Source: Lepidodermella squamata (taxonomy: Eukaryota; Animalia; Gastrotricha). From it: a DNA stretch of 64,000 nucleotides. Position numbers and translations under genes: made by a program. The first letter of the stretch is position 1, and each line of letters begins with the position of its first letter. The notes beneath the pieces were generated by a model. The model was not told the origin of the DNA. It saw nothing but the letters and a program-made list of their open reading frames with translations, and did not search any database. This document shows positions 50,601 to 64,000 of the stretch, one piece after another. Location of the stretch: the NCBI GenBank assembly GCA_047495785.1, contig JBLDXI010000074.1, positions 1,488,001 through 1,552,000 of the forward strand. Reading direction: 5' to 3'.

Positions 50601-53600
50601 GAGAACTCGAAAAAGTACCAGCGATCGCGGCGGATCATGTCGCGCGGGATCTCCACCTGCCACTTGTACGCCGTCGACGAGTCCTGGCCGGCGCGACCGC
50701 CCGCCTCCGACCCGCCGGCGCCACCCGCACCGCTGTTCGAGCCGTCGTTGCGGCCCGACCGCTGGTTGAAGATCACGTACAGCTTCTGGTCACGCTGGAA
50801 GAACTGGATGCCGTCGTTGGGCCCGGTCGACAGCAGGTAGCGCGGCTTGTCAAAGTCGATGCCCGAGTCGAAGTTGACGAGCATCGAAACGAAAACGCCG
50901 TGGCGGCACAGCGTGAGGTTCGTGAGGCACGACCGCTGCGCCGCACCCACGTTCGCCGCCTCCATCCACTGCTTGTCGCCATTCAGACGCACCGACCAGT
51001 CGACCTTGCCCGCCGGCGAGTGCGTCGGGTTGCCGTAAAGGTTGATGTGCAGGCTGGGGTGGACGAGGCGCAGCTCGCCGTTCCGCTCCGTGTAGTCCAT
51101 GTCGAGCACGTAGAACGGCGGCAGGCCGCGCAGGATGTAGTCGTGCGCGACGAGCCACTCGCGCTCGGCGTACCAGTACTCGAGCTCGTCGACGTCGAGG
51201 TCGGCCGGGGCGCCGCGTTCCGCCGCCGTCGTCGAGCACCGCCCGACGTAGAAGCGGTGCAGCTGCTCGGACGCGAGTTGCGAGTCGATCTTGCCGACGT
51301 GCCGCGTCGCGTTCGCCTCGGGCACGTGCGCCACCAGCGCGTTGTCGACGTAGACGCGCAGGCCGCGCTCCAGTTGCCACGTCAGCTCGACGTAGTGCCA
51401 GCCGGACGTCGACGACGGCACCGAGTCGCCGTTCGACGCGCCCGCCAGCAGCCGCGAGTCCAGATCAGCCTGCCACACGTGCGTCGACGTCGCCACTTCG
51501 GCCTTGAGGCGAGCGGCGTCCCTGACTAGGCGAATTCCGTTGAGACCGGTGTCGAGGTAGCACGCCGGGGTTGCGAGTTGCGAGTTCACCTGCGGCACCC
51601 GCAGCCAGAAGGCGACGAGGGCGCCGTGGTGGCAGTAGTCGAGGTTGCCGAGGCATTTCGACCGGTGAAGACCGAGATCGACGAGGGCGCCGTTGCCGCG
51701 CAGACGCACGGCCTGGCGAGACCGGCCCTTGATGAGTGGCGACTCGGTCTCGGAACCGGGCACGAGGCCGATGGCGAGTTGCGAGTGAGCGACACGCATC
51801 GGCGCCGACCCACCACCTCGGGCTCCGTCACGCTCCACTTCGTCGAACGACACGTCGTAGTGCTGCGGCCGGCGGCGCTGGATGAAATCAACTGCGAGCA
51901 GGGTCTCTCGAGAGGCAGTCCATAACGAAACTTCGTCCAGCAAACCATTCAACGAGGCAGCTGCCTGAGGCGACCCAGCGACGTACAAGTGCGGTTCAGT
52001 TGAGGCAGGCGCCAGGCGATCGGTAGATTCGATCGAGCGGTCCGAGGTTGATGCCGAAATTTCGCCGTTGTTCACGAGAATTGACAGCACGAGGTTCTTT
52101 TCGTCGCGCTTCCGCAGCGACACCTCGACGAGGCACCACGAGCCGAGCGGCATGTCCGTTGTCGTCCACGTCTCGTACGCCTCGTACGACCGCGGGTCAG
52201 TTCCGATGAGCACGTTCGCGACAGCACGCAGCCGCTGGCCGACCAGCCACACCTGGATGCCGTAAGGACCGGCTAGCAACAGTGGCACAGGCGCCGCTGC
52301 CTTCGAGTTCAGTTGCACCCACAGCGATCCCATGACGCCGTACGGGCAAGCGTCGACGCTCGTGTTCAGTCGAGTGAAGCAGGCCAGGGCGGCCGGGGCA
52401 GGCGAAACGGCAACGTACTGCTTCGAGTTGGCCGGCAGCGAGAGCGACATGCCGAACTTGGCGTCGCTCGAGAACGAGGCGGCGAGTTGTCCAGCGGCGG
52501 TTCCAGCCAGCACGGCGCGCACATCAGGCGAGTCGAGCAGCTTCGACGACCCGGCACCGGGGGCGAAGCGGTCGAGCGGCAGACGGACCCGCGAGATGGC
52601 CTGTTCGCGGATCTGGTCCGCCGTCCTCGCCTCGGCGTAGAAGTGCAGTTCGTCGACGCGGATGAGGCCCTTGGGCTCGAGCGGGTGGCCCTCGGGCAGG
52701 GCGCCGGCGCCTCCGATGTGGTACTCGATGTTGCGGCCGATGTAGAAGTACTTGTAGCGGAGGGAGGTCGAGTCGCGGGACGTCTCGGCCGGTTCGAAGG
52801 CTCGCCGCGCCGACTCGGCAACCGCCCGCCCGTCTACGTACATCGTGAGTTCGCGCGTGTCCCACACAGCGGCGACGTGGTACCAGCGCTCGGGCCTCAC
52901 GCCCCGGAACGCCGCTTTCCACAACTCGCCACTCGGCGTGCGGAACGTGAACTGCAGCGAGTGTTGAACGAGTTCGAGCGCGACACCGTGCGACACAGCC
53001 GTGTGGCCGCCGTTGGTGAGGTACACGCCATCAGAGCCAACCGTGTCCTTGAACCACAGCCAAAGACCCAGGGTGTAGCCGCGTTCGCATTTCGACAGGT
53101 CGCCGAAGCACTCCTGGCGGTGCGAGGCGCCGGACACGACCAGCGTCTGTTTCGAGCAGTCGAGTTCGAGCGAGCGGCGGAGGACGCCCGGCTGCAGGCT
53201 GGGCGCGCCGTAGACGCGCGTGTCGAGCCCGCCGACGTTGGCGATCGACTCGTGCTCGATGGCGTCCATGGCGAGGTGGTAGTGCGGCGCCTTGTTCTCG
53301 CCGCACGCCGCCGCGCGCGCCTTGCACTTGAAGTCGTCGAGCGAGGCGGTGGCGCTCAGCTTCGTCACGCAGTAGTAGAGCACGTTGCGGCAGATGTCGG
53401 GCTGGCGGTCGCAGATCTCGACGGCCGACTCGTTGAGGCCGTGCGACGAGCGGAGGCGCGCGCGCCGCCAGTTGCAGTCGCCACAGCCGGCGAAGAACAC
53501 GACGTTGGCGACGTCGCCGACGAAGTCGCGCTGGGCGCGCGGGGCCGTCGCGAGCAGGCGGGTGCCGCGCGGCACGCCGCCGACGTAGACCGGGGTGGAG

Positions 53601-54040
53601 CCGGCGCCGAAGCGCAGGTCGGCGGCCTGCAGGGTGCGCGACACGGAGTGGCCGGCGACCTTGAGCGAGACCTCGAGGCGGTTGCGCGACACCTCGACCT
53701 CGCGCCACGCGTTGTTGGCGACGGCGGCCGGGTGCACGATGGTGAGCTCCTGCGGCGGCGCGGAGAAGCCGTCGGCTGTCTTGGCGGCGATGCGCATCTG
53801 CAGCGTGAGTTGCCGGTCGTTGATGCTCAGCATGAGGTAGTCGCCCTTGCCGTCGTCCGTGTACACGAGCACGGCGTTTTGCTCGCGCGTGCGGAAGTCG
53901 AACGAGAGGCGCGCCTGCGAACACGCGTCCCACGGCTCGTACGCCGCGAACTGGTCGGCGACGCCGCGGAACTGCAGCGCGCCAACACTTGTTGTCATTA
54001 TGATGATTGTTGTTGTTAATAGTAGTGGTAATTTCAGCAT
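41678..54040 (-). CDS. Alpha-neurexin-like type I membrane protein with six inserted pentraxin/LamG3-like repeats and an intracellular WD40 beta-propeller (~3,363 aa)
   Basis: Exons 54040-50509, 50446-50303, 49237-47014, 46499-43777, 43433-43362, 43161-42998, 42910-41678. All introns are GT-AG and phase-compatible; total 10,092 nt is divisible by 3. Signal peptide; neurexin-like motifs (WDACSQARLSFDFRT..YTDDG; YDLRQAP..DEFDLKFQT; FIVLEIFDGHLYF; RYVCDCSATAFSGASC; CRPDSCKNGGIC..FTCDC; DRLAVGFMT); TM at ~43895-43975; WD repeats (YLVSASSDCTLKVWD, TLTGHTDEVWC, ASGSSDHTIRLW). Confidence 0.85.
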
Positions 54041-54899
54041 TTTTTCGATGAATCAATGAAAGACGACGACGACGTTAAATCAATCGGTCAATCGATGCGT
54101 AATAATAACGGTAATAACGGTAATAATTAATAAATTAAGCTGCTGCTGATGGTGTTGATGGCGAGCGCTGGTTACGCTTTTGTGCCGACGCCGATGTAAG
54201 GGTCACGTAAAATCGGCAAATTTTATACGTAACATCCTATACAAATAAAAACAAGAAGATTCTATAAAAAATCTGAAATATTGAGAGATGAACTATTTAA
54301 CGTGCCCCAACTGGCGGACCTCCCCTATGACGACAATTGACCCTAAAAAAATAATGCTGGATAACAAGATTATTACACGCTCATTTGCTGTTGCGCCTTT
54401 TGTCTCACACAGGTGTATGTATGAATATTTTAACAAAACCAACCTAATGAATTATCATGTTGTACGTTGATGTAAAAAATACGACGTCTTGTATGATGCG
54501 TGTACAACAACAACAAAATTGAGAACATGTTATTATACGCACCCGCGCGGTGTATACTTAGATGATGTTAAGCGATATAAATACATACGTGTGTTACTGC
54601 AGAATCAAGACTCAAGTCGTCTAAAACATGTGAATACAATATATGCTTATTTATGAAAATGCGCATCAAAATGATCGTTTGCGCTATTAAATCTCTGCTA
54701 CTGCTACTGTTGAAGAAAATAGAACGACAGCGTGCGGTTGGTTGATTGAAAAAACCGGCGCGCGGGCCCTCGTGAAAGAAAGAAAGCAAGAAAGAAAGAG
54801 ACATCGTAGAGGGCTCGGCGTGCGAGCTGTCGGCGCAACAACACGTTCTGTTGTTGATTGTTTTATTACTACTTACAACAACTATTTGTCGCAATCTCT

Positions 54900-55861
54900 C
54901 TGTGCTGCGTCACAGACTACAAGCGTCGTCGTCGTCGGCGGCAACAAACCAGATGACCACCATTGCCACCACCAATGTCTCATGAAATTGATACTTGATG
55001 ATATACTAGATGAAGGGTACCTACCTACCTACCTACCTAGACTAAGCATGCATATAGCTATTAACAACCACTACTACAACCAGTAGTAGTAGTAGTAGTA
55101 ATAGTGAGCTCATGATATCTCTCTCTCTCTCTTTCTCTGTACATCAGGTGTGGGTTACCTGTGAGATGATGGATAGCAGCAGCAGCTCAGTATATCGATG
55201 ACAAACGGTTCGGGCCACACACGCATGCGCAGTAGCAGTAGTAACAACAAAGGTGCACACGGCTTGTTGTAGCAATTTTTGCGCCGGCTCGCTGTTTTGG
55301 CGCCGCTGTGACTGACTGACTGACTGACTGAGTCACCGAGACTACTGCGTGCGTACAGGTAAAACACACACGTACACGCAGCAGCAGTCAACTAAAAGTT
55401 ATACACACCACCGTGAACGCAACAAACCAACCAGGCACAACTGCTAGTAGTAGTAGTAGTAGTAGTAGTCGTCGTAGTCGCAGTGTTGGAAAGTCCGTTC
55501 GTGGTGGGCCAGTGTCGCCAAAACACAACAACAACAACAGCGGCAGCGGCAAAACAACAAAGTATCGACTCGCAGCACGAGCCCGCTCATCATCATCGTC
55601 GTAATAGATATACCTATATAAAATACCTATAATATAAGATAAGATACCAGGCACCAGACACCACCAATGTAACGGCGGCGGTGCAAAAAAGCACACGCGG
55701 GTGTCAACACGAGCGAGCGAGCAGGCACGTGTCAAAAAATACACGCCTTGCAGTGTCTCACTGCGCTTTGTTGTTGTTGTTGATGTTGACGGCCATCGTG
55801 TCTGGTGTCCCGGCGACGACTGGCCGCACAAAAAAAATCGACAGGAACCCGCGGCATTGCA

Positions 55862-55893
<32 letters not shown>

Positions 55894-58800
55894 TCAAGGT
55901 GCTAAAAATAAACACGAGTGGGCGCGCGTGATTAATCGATAGGCACCCCCGCTGCCGGCCTACGTTATTTACGCGCCGCCGCCGTACCACTCCGTTCAAT
56001 CTATCAGGCCAAATTAGCCCGAGCCGGCAAAAAAGCAGCAGCAGCAGCAGTGGCCAGCCGGGGCCTATTGCCTCGATTGCCTGATGCAAGACTCTCTCTT
56101 GCCCGCCCGCTCTCGCTCGCTCTGTGTGTTTATTGCTTTGCGCCGAGCGGTTTTCGTTCGTTCGTTCGTTAGGTTAGCGATTTATCGACGACGGCGCCAC
56201 AGAAAGAAAGAGCGAGATAGAGGAGCTACGTAGGTAGGTAAGTATTTTTACGATGAAGAAGCGCTCATACATAGAGCCGGACAGACCTCAACAAGCACAG
56301 TGTTATTGTTGTTTTGCTAATACAAGACTATAAAAACACGAACGAATACGAAGAAGAAGAAAACGTAGGAGCTTGATCTATAGGAGGAGGATTGCGAATG
56401 CCCCTTAACTTATCTACCTGTAATGTAGTATAATAGTGGTTGGTAGTAGCGCATTCGTAGTAGTAATACTAATAATACAGATAGGCGGTTGTTGCAATGG
56501 GCGCTGCTGCTGCTGCTGCTTAGGATGCTGCTTCGGATGCAAAACACTGCGGCTAACGTATTATTGCTGCTGCTGTTTTTGTTGTTATAATACGAATAAA
56601 AGGTGGGTATTACGGCATTACGCGCCGATTCCAAACACGCCGCCCGTCCGATGGCTGCTGCTGGTCGCTCGCTATAGCTGACTGAGGCAGAGAGCCTAGC
56701 CTAGCCTAGCCTAGCTCTCGCTTCGCTGCTCCGCGTTTAGGTACCTACCTATATACCTACACACCGAGCTTCAGAAGCCACGAAGGCGAAGAAGAAGCTG
56801 AGAAGAAGCGATTCGCAACGCTACTACTACTACTACTATCAGTATACTAATACATAGAAACTATAAATAGCAAATGGGCAATGGAGTTTTTCGGTGGGCC
56901 GTTCATTGGTTTGCGCGCTCGCTCTTTGTTTCGCCCAACCGCTGCTGCTGCTGCTGCTGCCGTGTCTCTTCGGCGGCGGCGGCGGCGGCGTAAAATAACG
57001 ACGATAACACTGCAACATAACAATTATTATATCGGCAGAGATAGAAGCACCAGGTATAATAATATCATTGCATGTGTACACCGGCGAAATGACTACTATT
57101 ACTTGTGTAGTAGTAGTAATAGTACGGCTACGACTACTAGTACTACTACTACTACTACTACTGCTGCTGGAATAACCGAAGCAGATACCTATATGTATAC
57201 GATAGTGAAGGCATGTGATGATGATGATGATGACTGCTAGGGACGAACCACGCTAGAGAGCGAGCGAGCGCGTTTTTGGTCATGCGCGCAGGTTTTTGTT
57301 TGCGGGGCGCGGCTCGGCGCCGAGCGAAAGAGAGCGCATCGTCGCAGTCGCGCAGTCGCATCGTATTAGCGCGCGTAATGTCGCCGCATTACCGGCCGCT
57401 TTCGCTCGCTCGCTCGTACCTACGTACGTTGGTTGGTTCGTTGGTTCGTTCGTACGCTCGTATGTTTGCCAACCCGGCCGAGCGACCGAGCGACCGACCC
57501 AGCTAGCTAGACCGACCGGCAGATAGCCGCCGAACACAAGGCCTATATAGCGGTGCGGAGCGGTGCCGACCAGCTTGAACGGTCGACTGACTGCGCTGGA
57601 GCAGGTTGTGTTCTCGTGTGGATTCTTGACAGGGCTTTAAACACATGCTGATGACGATGATAAGATGATCATGATGATTATTATTACTATTGTCGCCTGT
57701 TATAGCTGCCGCGCGTACTACCACGTTAAACATCATCATCTATCATCACCGCCCTATATCCGCCCGCCCATTACGTACCCGCAAATACCAGCCTGGCAGC
57801 CTACAAGCAGCCTACCTGATGGGCCTCTACATCCATACATACATACCTACATACATACATGCATATGTTGTATAACCGTAAAAAGAGTTGGTAAGTGATG
57901 AAAAAACGCACCGACCGCCGCGATCAGTGTTCGGAAACTCACACAGCTCACACCTACACACAAGCTCGCGCACCTGCGCAACAAACAAATTTTTCAACAG
58001 CAGCTCGCAGCAGACGCAACAATCAATCGGTGATGCGTGCCGGTGCGCGGGACGCGTAAAAATGGATACACTTGCCGCAATATATATATCTAGCAATATT
58101 GCCGGCGATTCGAGGAGGGTGGCGATGAAAAACAGCAATCGGCGCAAATTGTTTTCATCTCAGGCACCAACCACCACCACCATAAAGCTGTTGTTGTTGT
58201 TGTTGTTGTTTTGCGGCGCAATATCTCGCAGAAGCGCAGAAATAAGCAAGGCAAAAATGCAGTACGCAACAATCAATCGGCAGGCATACATACGAACCGT
58301 GGTGATTAATCTCGTCGCCCAACATTTATTCTATCAATTGCGAGATGAATCAATGGCGAAAGGTCTCCAACTGCTCGATTGGACATCAACACAAGATCCC
58401 CCACGAGATGCGAATGAGCCGATGTAACGCTTCTTATCGCGAAATGCATTTAAAACGAATAATCGAATCATTCAAACCATGAAAAACTTAGCAGACATTG
58501 ATGAATGGAATTGTACAAATTTTGTAGAATCCACTTGGAAAACTTGGGGCATACATAATACGGCACAAAGCTTTGTAGCAGAAATTTATGGAGAATATGA
58601 CGTGAATATTATGCTTCGATCCAACTTTGGTCTCGCTATGGATCCTATTATTTTCACCCAAAAGGCAAGACTTGAGAAACAATCTACTGTTAGCGAATAT
58701 TGGACCTATAACAATTGGATGGCAAGTTGACGTGACTAATTAGACCGAAGCCCAGGTACTAGAAGATATCGGCCAGACGGGTTGACTAACAAGCTAGTTA

Positions 58801-59800
58801 CAGCGAGTCGCAGCGTTATCGCTGCCAAAAATTCGTCGTCGCGAGAAACGCGAAGCGAGGCGAGGAAAGAATTTGGCCTCTGAAATTCTGACTCGCGCTC
58901 GCGAATGAGAAGAATAAAAATCTAGTGAGAAATGCTGCTCGGCAGAAATGCTGGGCGTTGTGAACAGCATTGCGCAATTGTTTACGACTGCTATGTAAAA
59001 CTGCAGTACTGGTGGCGGTGGTCGTGGTGATGCGCGTTATTGCGCAGTGATCGAATGCGAATCAGATGATAGCTGCCGGGCGTCGACGCCAGCGCATGCC
59101 CCCACCCACACCCGCGTACCGAACAAGCCGCGCTGTGCTAACCCCGCCGATCATCGCGGCCGAGTACAAGCGGGTGAGCGGGTAGGCGGTCGGTCGGTAG
59201 GGTCTAATCTAATAATTACACCGATCCTTCTGCGAATGCTATACCTACCTACCTCTATACGCGATGTACTGGCTACTGGAGGCAGCGGCGGATGGGATGC
59301 GCGCGCGTGGAATCAATCACACGTGGCCGTGTTCAGCTTGCGGCGAGCGACTGCTCACTCGCTTTTTCCATCTCCCTCTCGCTCATTCATTAATTAATAC
59401 CACCACTAAGCAAGCAAGCAAGCAAGCAACCACGTGTAACATGTATATTACTACATGGTGTAATAACTAATCGCCGATGAACAACAACAGCAACGCCTAC
59501 TATAACTATAACATGTAAGCGTTTTTACCGTTTTACAACCGCGCCGCTTTTGCCGAGAGCAGCAGCAATCTATACATCGTGTCGTGGCTGCTGAACAGCC
59601 GCCAAATGCGGCGAAACGGCGTTAATTTATGAACAAACGGCCCGGCAACGAAAAGGCGCGATAACAAGGCGCTGCAACGTGTAGTAAACATCATCATCAT
59701 CATCATCATGGGCGCTTAATTGATAACAAGAATGAACAGGATAACGCGTGATAACGATGAGATGATGGCTCGCAGCCAAAGCAATTGGCCCCGCAATCGG
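54900..59800. repeat. Microsatellite-dense non-coding region upstream of the neurexin-like gene (likely 5' UTR introns and regulatory DNA)
   Basis: (AG)14 at 55862-55889; (TAG)n ~55445-55469; (CTA)n ~57137-57163; also (CTGA)n, (CCTA)n, (GCT)n, (CATA)n and (GCAA)n. No convincing coding frame. Confidence 0.65.
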
Positions 59801-60997
59801 AAATCAATTAATCAATTAATTGCTAATTAACAAGCGTGTTATGTACACGGCGTGTCAGGTCACGAATCTGTGTCTAATCAAAATCTTATTGAGTACAATC
59901 AGGTGTCAGGCGATCAGGGCTACCTATAATTCGGAACAAATGCTGCGTGAACTTTTCGAACAAGAACAAGATGAGCGGCGGGGGTTATTCAAGGGTGATT
60001 AAACATCTCATCTACATCTGCGATATTAGCGTTTACAAATTGGCGATGACGGTGTGTTGTACACATCGCTCAGATGAGTCTAGACTCGGGATCTACGTGC
60101 GTGTGGGAAAAAACACTGATAATAATAGTGTAAGAAGTAGAAGAAGAGCATAACAATGGCTGAGCTGTTGGCGCAGCATTTTTTAGACGTGATTCATTAT
60201 CGCGAATCCATAGCAAATGACGGTTCACTCGACGGGGGCGCCTGTTTTTTGTCTATTTTTAACGCTTCGACCGCAAAGCCATTCACCGGCAATCTATTCT
60301 ACATGTAAGCTAAATAAGCATGATCAAGCCATTGTTTTCTCATTAGTAGCCTCCATACACAACTTCTCTTCTGCATTTTTTCAAAGACGCCTGTTACCTA
60401 TATACCTATAACCTATTAGGTATAACAAATTGCTTAAAATAGCACGCATTGATATTCGGAAAAACGTTTTTAAGCCCCCGTTCAGCCGATTTTTTTGCAG
60501 CAAATGATGACTCAGGAGACTTCGCGGCGAAATGCTGGAAAGGCGGCTAGCATATTTTTTGGTATTTTTTGGTGGTGATAATCGATAAAACGATATATAT
60601 ATAACACCTCAAGTCCGAGGTAAATTCATCTACTCTTTTGTGAATGTCTATTTCACAAGCTCCAGCAGCCCAAACAATTCGTCAAACGAGAAGAGCAGTC
60701 GATAAGTAAAAAATGGGAAAAAATACGCCAGAGTAAATATCACGACAAGAAAGGAAATAATATAATGTAGAACAAACAGATGTGGTATAGTGTTTCATAA
60801 TCCGTAAAAGCTGGCCAAACGGATGCGTGATCTAGAAGCGCGCGGTTAAAATATCGAGTTTTTTATTGACACCCTGATACAACATGTCCACGAAGTAGAG
60901 AAGCGCAAACATGAACGCTATTTTGAAGCTATAGCATACGCGCTGAAGCGTTGCAATTGCGCTACAGCTCCTTTTGAAGCTGAAATTCGTGGAAAAA

Positions 60998-61457
60998 ATG
61001 GTCGAATTCTCGCTTGGATTAGTGTTTGCGTTTTCAGGATTTTTACTACTACCAAAATGCGTTGCTCTGCGGTGCTACGAATGTGGGTTCTGCAGCTGGA
61101 GGCAACTCATCAAAGGGGTCGCAAATAAAACGTGTGACAAGGACGATGCAATTTGTGTCACCCTGACGTCGCATGCATCTTCCGGCGGGTACGTTTACCT
61201 GCACTGAAAACATAGAGCTCAAGTGATTTTAAACGAGAAAATGTAACAGGTTCAACCCACATTCGCTTATGACTCTGGGCTGTTCAACTGTTTGTCCTTC
61301 GATTGAATTCGCCCCGTCACTATTCGCCGCCATTCGCTGCTGTACGACAAATCTGTGCAATGCTGCACGTAGAAAGTCATTCGAAGAAGCACGTTGTGCC
61401 GCGTTTTTCAGCATGCTGATGAGCTTCAGCGGAATCCTCATGTCGGCTGAAAGATGA
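60998..61457 (+). CDS. Ly6/uPAR (three-finger, LU domain) protein, probably GPI-anchored
   Basis: Signal peptide, LRCYECGFC...C......C, LGC...C...RCCTTNLCN, hydrophobic tail. Exons 60998-61188 and 61250-61457. Confidence 0.85.
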
Positions 61458-61659
61458 ATGCTATTAGCAGACGAGAAAATAGTGCACGTGCCGAATAAGT
61501 CAATTCACTCGTACCGCCGATTTGATGATATTTATGATTGGAATATTAGGTACTTTATTCATGTAATGGAACTAAATCGAAAATTCTTCCTTAAATAAAA
61601 GCCTATTTGAAATGCACGCACAAAGTTAGCTTTTGCGCATCGTAGGTATTAGCGAAATA

Positions 61660-62411
61660 ATGAGACAGTTCTGTCGAAACAGAAATCGGAATCTGCTGAA
61701 ATATGCGGGATTATTCAGCCGAAAGTTCGGATCAGTTGCAACTTGGTTGCTGATTTTTCTTGTTACAGCAACAAACCTACGTGTCGATGGGCTTCAATGT
61801 TACCGCTGTTCATTTTGCGGCGAAGAGAAACTGCTGCTTCTTAAACACCAACTCGGCAGCGTGACACAGTGCAGAGACAACGAGTCGATGTGCTTTGAGG
61901 CAACTCTGCAGCTGGCTAATCCGAAAAGGTTCGCCTCATTATCGCATATCCAACATGTCAACAATTTTCGTTCGTTGTTTTTTGAAGCATTAGTGTGAAG
62001 AAACTAGGTTCAGAGCGAGCTCGCAACGAAAATTCCGCTAAGGTAATAGCAGCGACATCGTGAATTTTCATTTTCTTTCGTTATAAGAATGAGCCTCTGA
62101 ATAGGCGTCTGAATTTGATTTATTAACAGGTGATTATAACGAGCCTAGGCTGTTCCGAAGCATGTCCTGCGTTGATGGCGCCATCAAACTCAGATGGCAT
62201 CGATTCTTTCGACTATGCATCAGCTGAGGCGGCTTTCGATGACACCCAGCCAATACCGCCCATGCCACCTTTTTCATCGTATCGATGCTGCTCAACGGAT
62301 CTATGCAACAGAGGCAGCGCACTGGAATCACGGCTTCGAGGCTATCACATTTGCCTGATTATGACAACCTTCAGTGCTTCCGCAAGCAATAAACTTGATT
62401 CATTTTTGTAG
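61660..62411 (+). CDS. Ly6/uPAR (three-finger) protein, tandem paralog with elongated loops
   Basis: LQCYRCSFC...QC.....MC, SLGCSEAC...RCCSTDLCN. Exons 61660-61928, 61988-62042 and 62130-62411 are in phase. Confidence 0.8.
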
Positions 62412-64000
62412 AGTGACGTTGCTTGGGAATTTTAGTCAACGTTAAAAAGAAGGATTCTGATGCGATACACATCGAATGAAAATGAGATCTGAGTTTCAGC
62501 AGCAAACGTTCGACAAGCGACCGCAGAACATGACCAGAATGAAATTGAAAACTTGTGTCAGAAATTGCCAACTTTTCCCCTATTTTCGCCGACATTTTTT
62601 TTTGAATTTTAAGATTCTTTCGATGGCGCACAGTCAAAAGGATGTCGTCAATAGGCTGTTTTTGTCGTAATGATACCTAAAACAAATGCGTATTATTGTT
62701 GTTATTGTACAGGAGCTGCTGCGCTTTCATTGCGAGTCGCAGTCTCATTTTAGACATGGTTTTCCCACGATGAGCTCGCTCATATGAGCCGTGTTTTCAA
62801 AATACCATAACTTCTAACTTCTAACACGTTTTTGTTTGGCAACAAGTTCTTGACCTACCAATTGGCACCTACCAATCTTGAAATGGATAATATTATTTTT
62901 TTGGCAACCACATCATAATACTTGCACTGAACCACTCAGTAGCTAAAAATAGTAGCACCAATGTTTAGGTTTTTACCTGATGTGCCTGATGCCGGATGTT
63001 TAGGTATAAGATTGCGGCGACGCTGCTATCTCTACACAACTTTTATACGATGGTTCCCACATCACAGCCTCGTCGATGAAGTAAGTACGTGAGCGAATAA
63101 AAACGCGAGACGCCAACAACAAGTCAAGATGACAAGTCAAGAAGTAGCAGCAACAGCAACAGGTGTACTTCAACTAGCAGTGTGTATGCAGGTGAAGCAG
63201 GTATTAATTGATGAAGTGCGAAAAAGAACCGACAATAAAACAGCCGCAACAGCGTCGACGAATTAATTGCGAGCACGCGCGCCAAGCCAAGTACGCGCGG
63301 CGACAATTACTGCTATAATTTTACTATACCTACCTACCTACCTGAGATGGCGGCGGCTATTCGGCGCCGCTAATTTGTTCGACCGACCGACCGACCGACC
63401 GTTCTCCTCTCATCGTTTTTCCGCCCTTGCCAGCAGCAGCTAATATAGTAATTGAAATTACAACTGCGAGAAGCAAATCGATGGTCTATTCTTTCATTCT
63501 TTCTTTTTATTGTAGATTTTTGTACTATTTTATTTGTTTGTTGTTTCTTTCCTTTGTGTGTTTGCTTGTTGATTATTTCGAATATATGGTGTGGCCACCA
63601 GCATTATACCCTCCTTCGCCTGCGCCTCGTGATTAAAAATGCATGCGCGATGATCGGCGAAACAAAAAGCAACGCAGAAAACGCGAACGTGTTCGCCTAT
63701 AACTTATAATACTTTACCTGATGATGATGATGATGATGGTGATAGCAGGTATAGCCAGCAAGGGACGGCGCCAATCAGGAAATCGCGTGCCACGGCCATT
63801 GTCGCTAAAAAGCGCGCTCTTGCTACTGCGACTGCGACTGCGACTGCATTTGTGGTCGTGCTTTTTTCATCAAATCCGTTCAATTCAGTAGTAGGCAGCT
63901 GATGTAGCGAAGTATTTCGCTGTGTTTGGCGATGGTGGTTATATTTATTGGTGACGATGACACGCAGGCGCGGCCACTGACTCACTCGCTCGCTCACTCA

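Noticed and set aside
41627-54059. Many long overlapping ORFs on the + strand and in alternative - frames (e.g. 47049-48707, 52313-54019, 43779-45209)
   Set aside because: Shadow ORFs caused by extreme GC3 bias of the real minus-strand gene; Arg/Ala/Gly-rich with no domain motifs.
58479-58730. 83-aa ATG-initiated ORF in a non-repetitive island
   Set aside because: No recognisable motif, splice context or homolog in the window.

Overview
Eukaryotic (metazoan invertebrate, probably spiralian; the taxon cannot be fixed from sequence alone) genomic window with short GT-AG introns, many only ~50-90 nt. All gene models were spliced by hand. Left to right: (1) the 3' part of a giant annexin with at least four tandem annexin cores and an acidic/KE-rich tail (+); (2) an a-b-b' PDI-family protein with a CTTC motif and KNEL end (+); (3) a divergent Cys-loop ligand-gated channel subunit (-); (4) three co-oriented secreted-protein genes (-): one PAN/apple protein and two paralogs built as unknown domain + Thr-rich linker + Kunitz; (5) importin beta-1 (-), whose two large introns hold a TA-flanked MITE and two decayed antisense paralogs of an unknown gene; (6) a TE-rich interval with LINE remnants and a ~2 kb foldback element; (7) a ~3,363-aa type I membrane protein (-) with a full alpha-neurexin ectodomain, six inserted pentraxin/LamG3-like repeats and an in-frame intracellular WD40 propeller, the most striking candidate novel system here; (8) two tandem Ly6/uPAR three-finger genes (+). 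No rRNA, tRNA or CRISPR array was seen.
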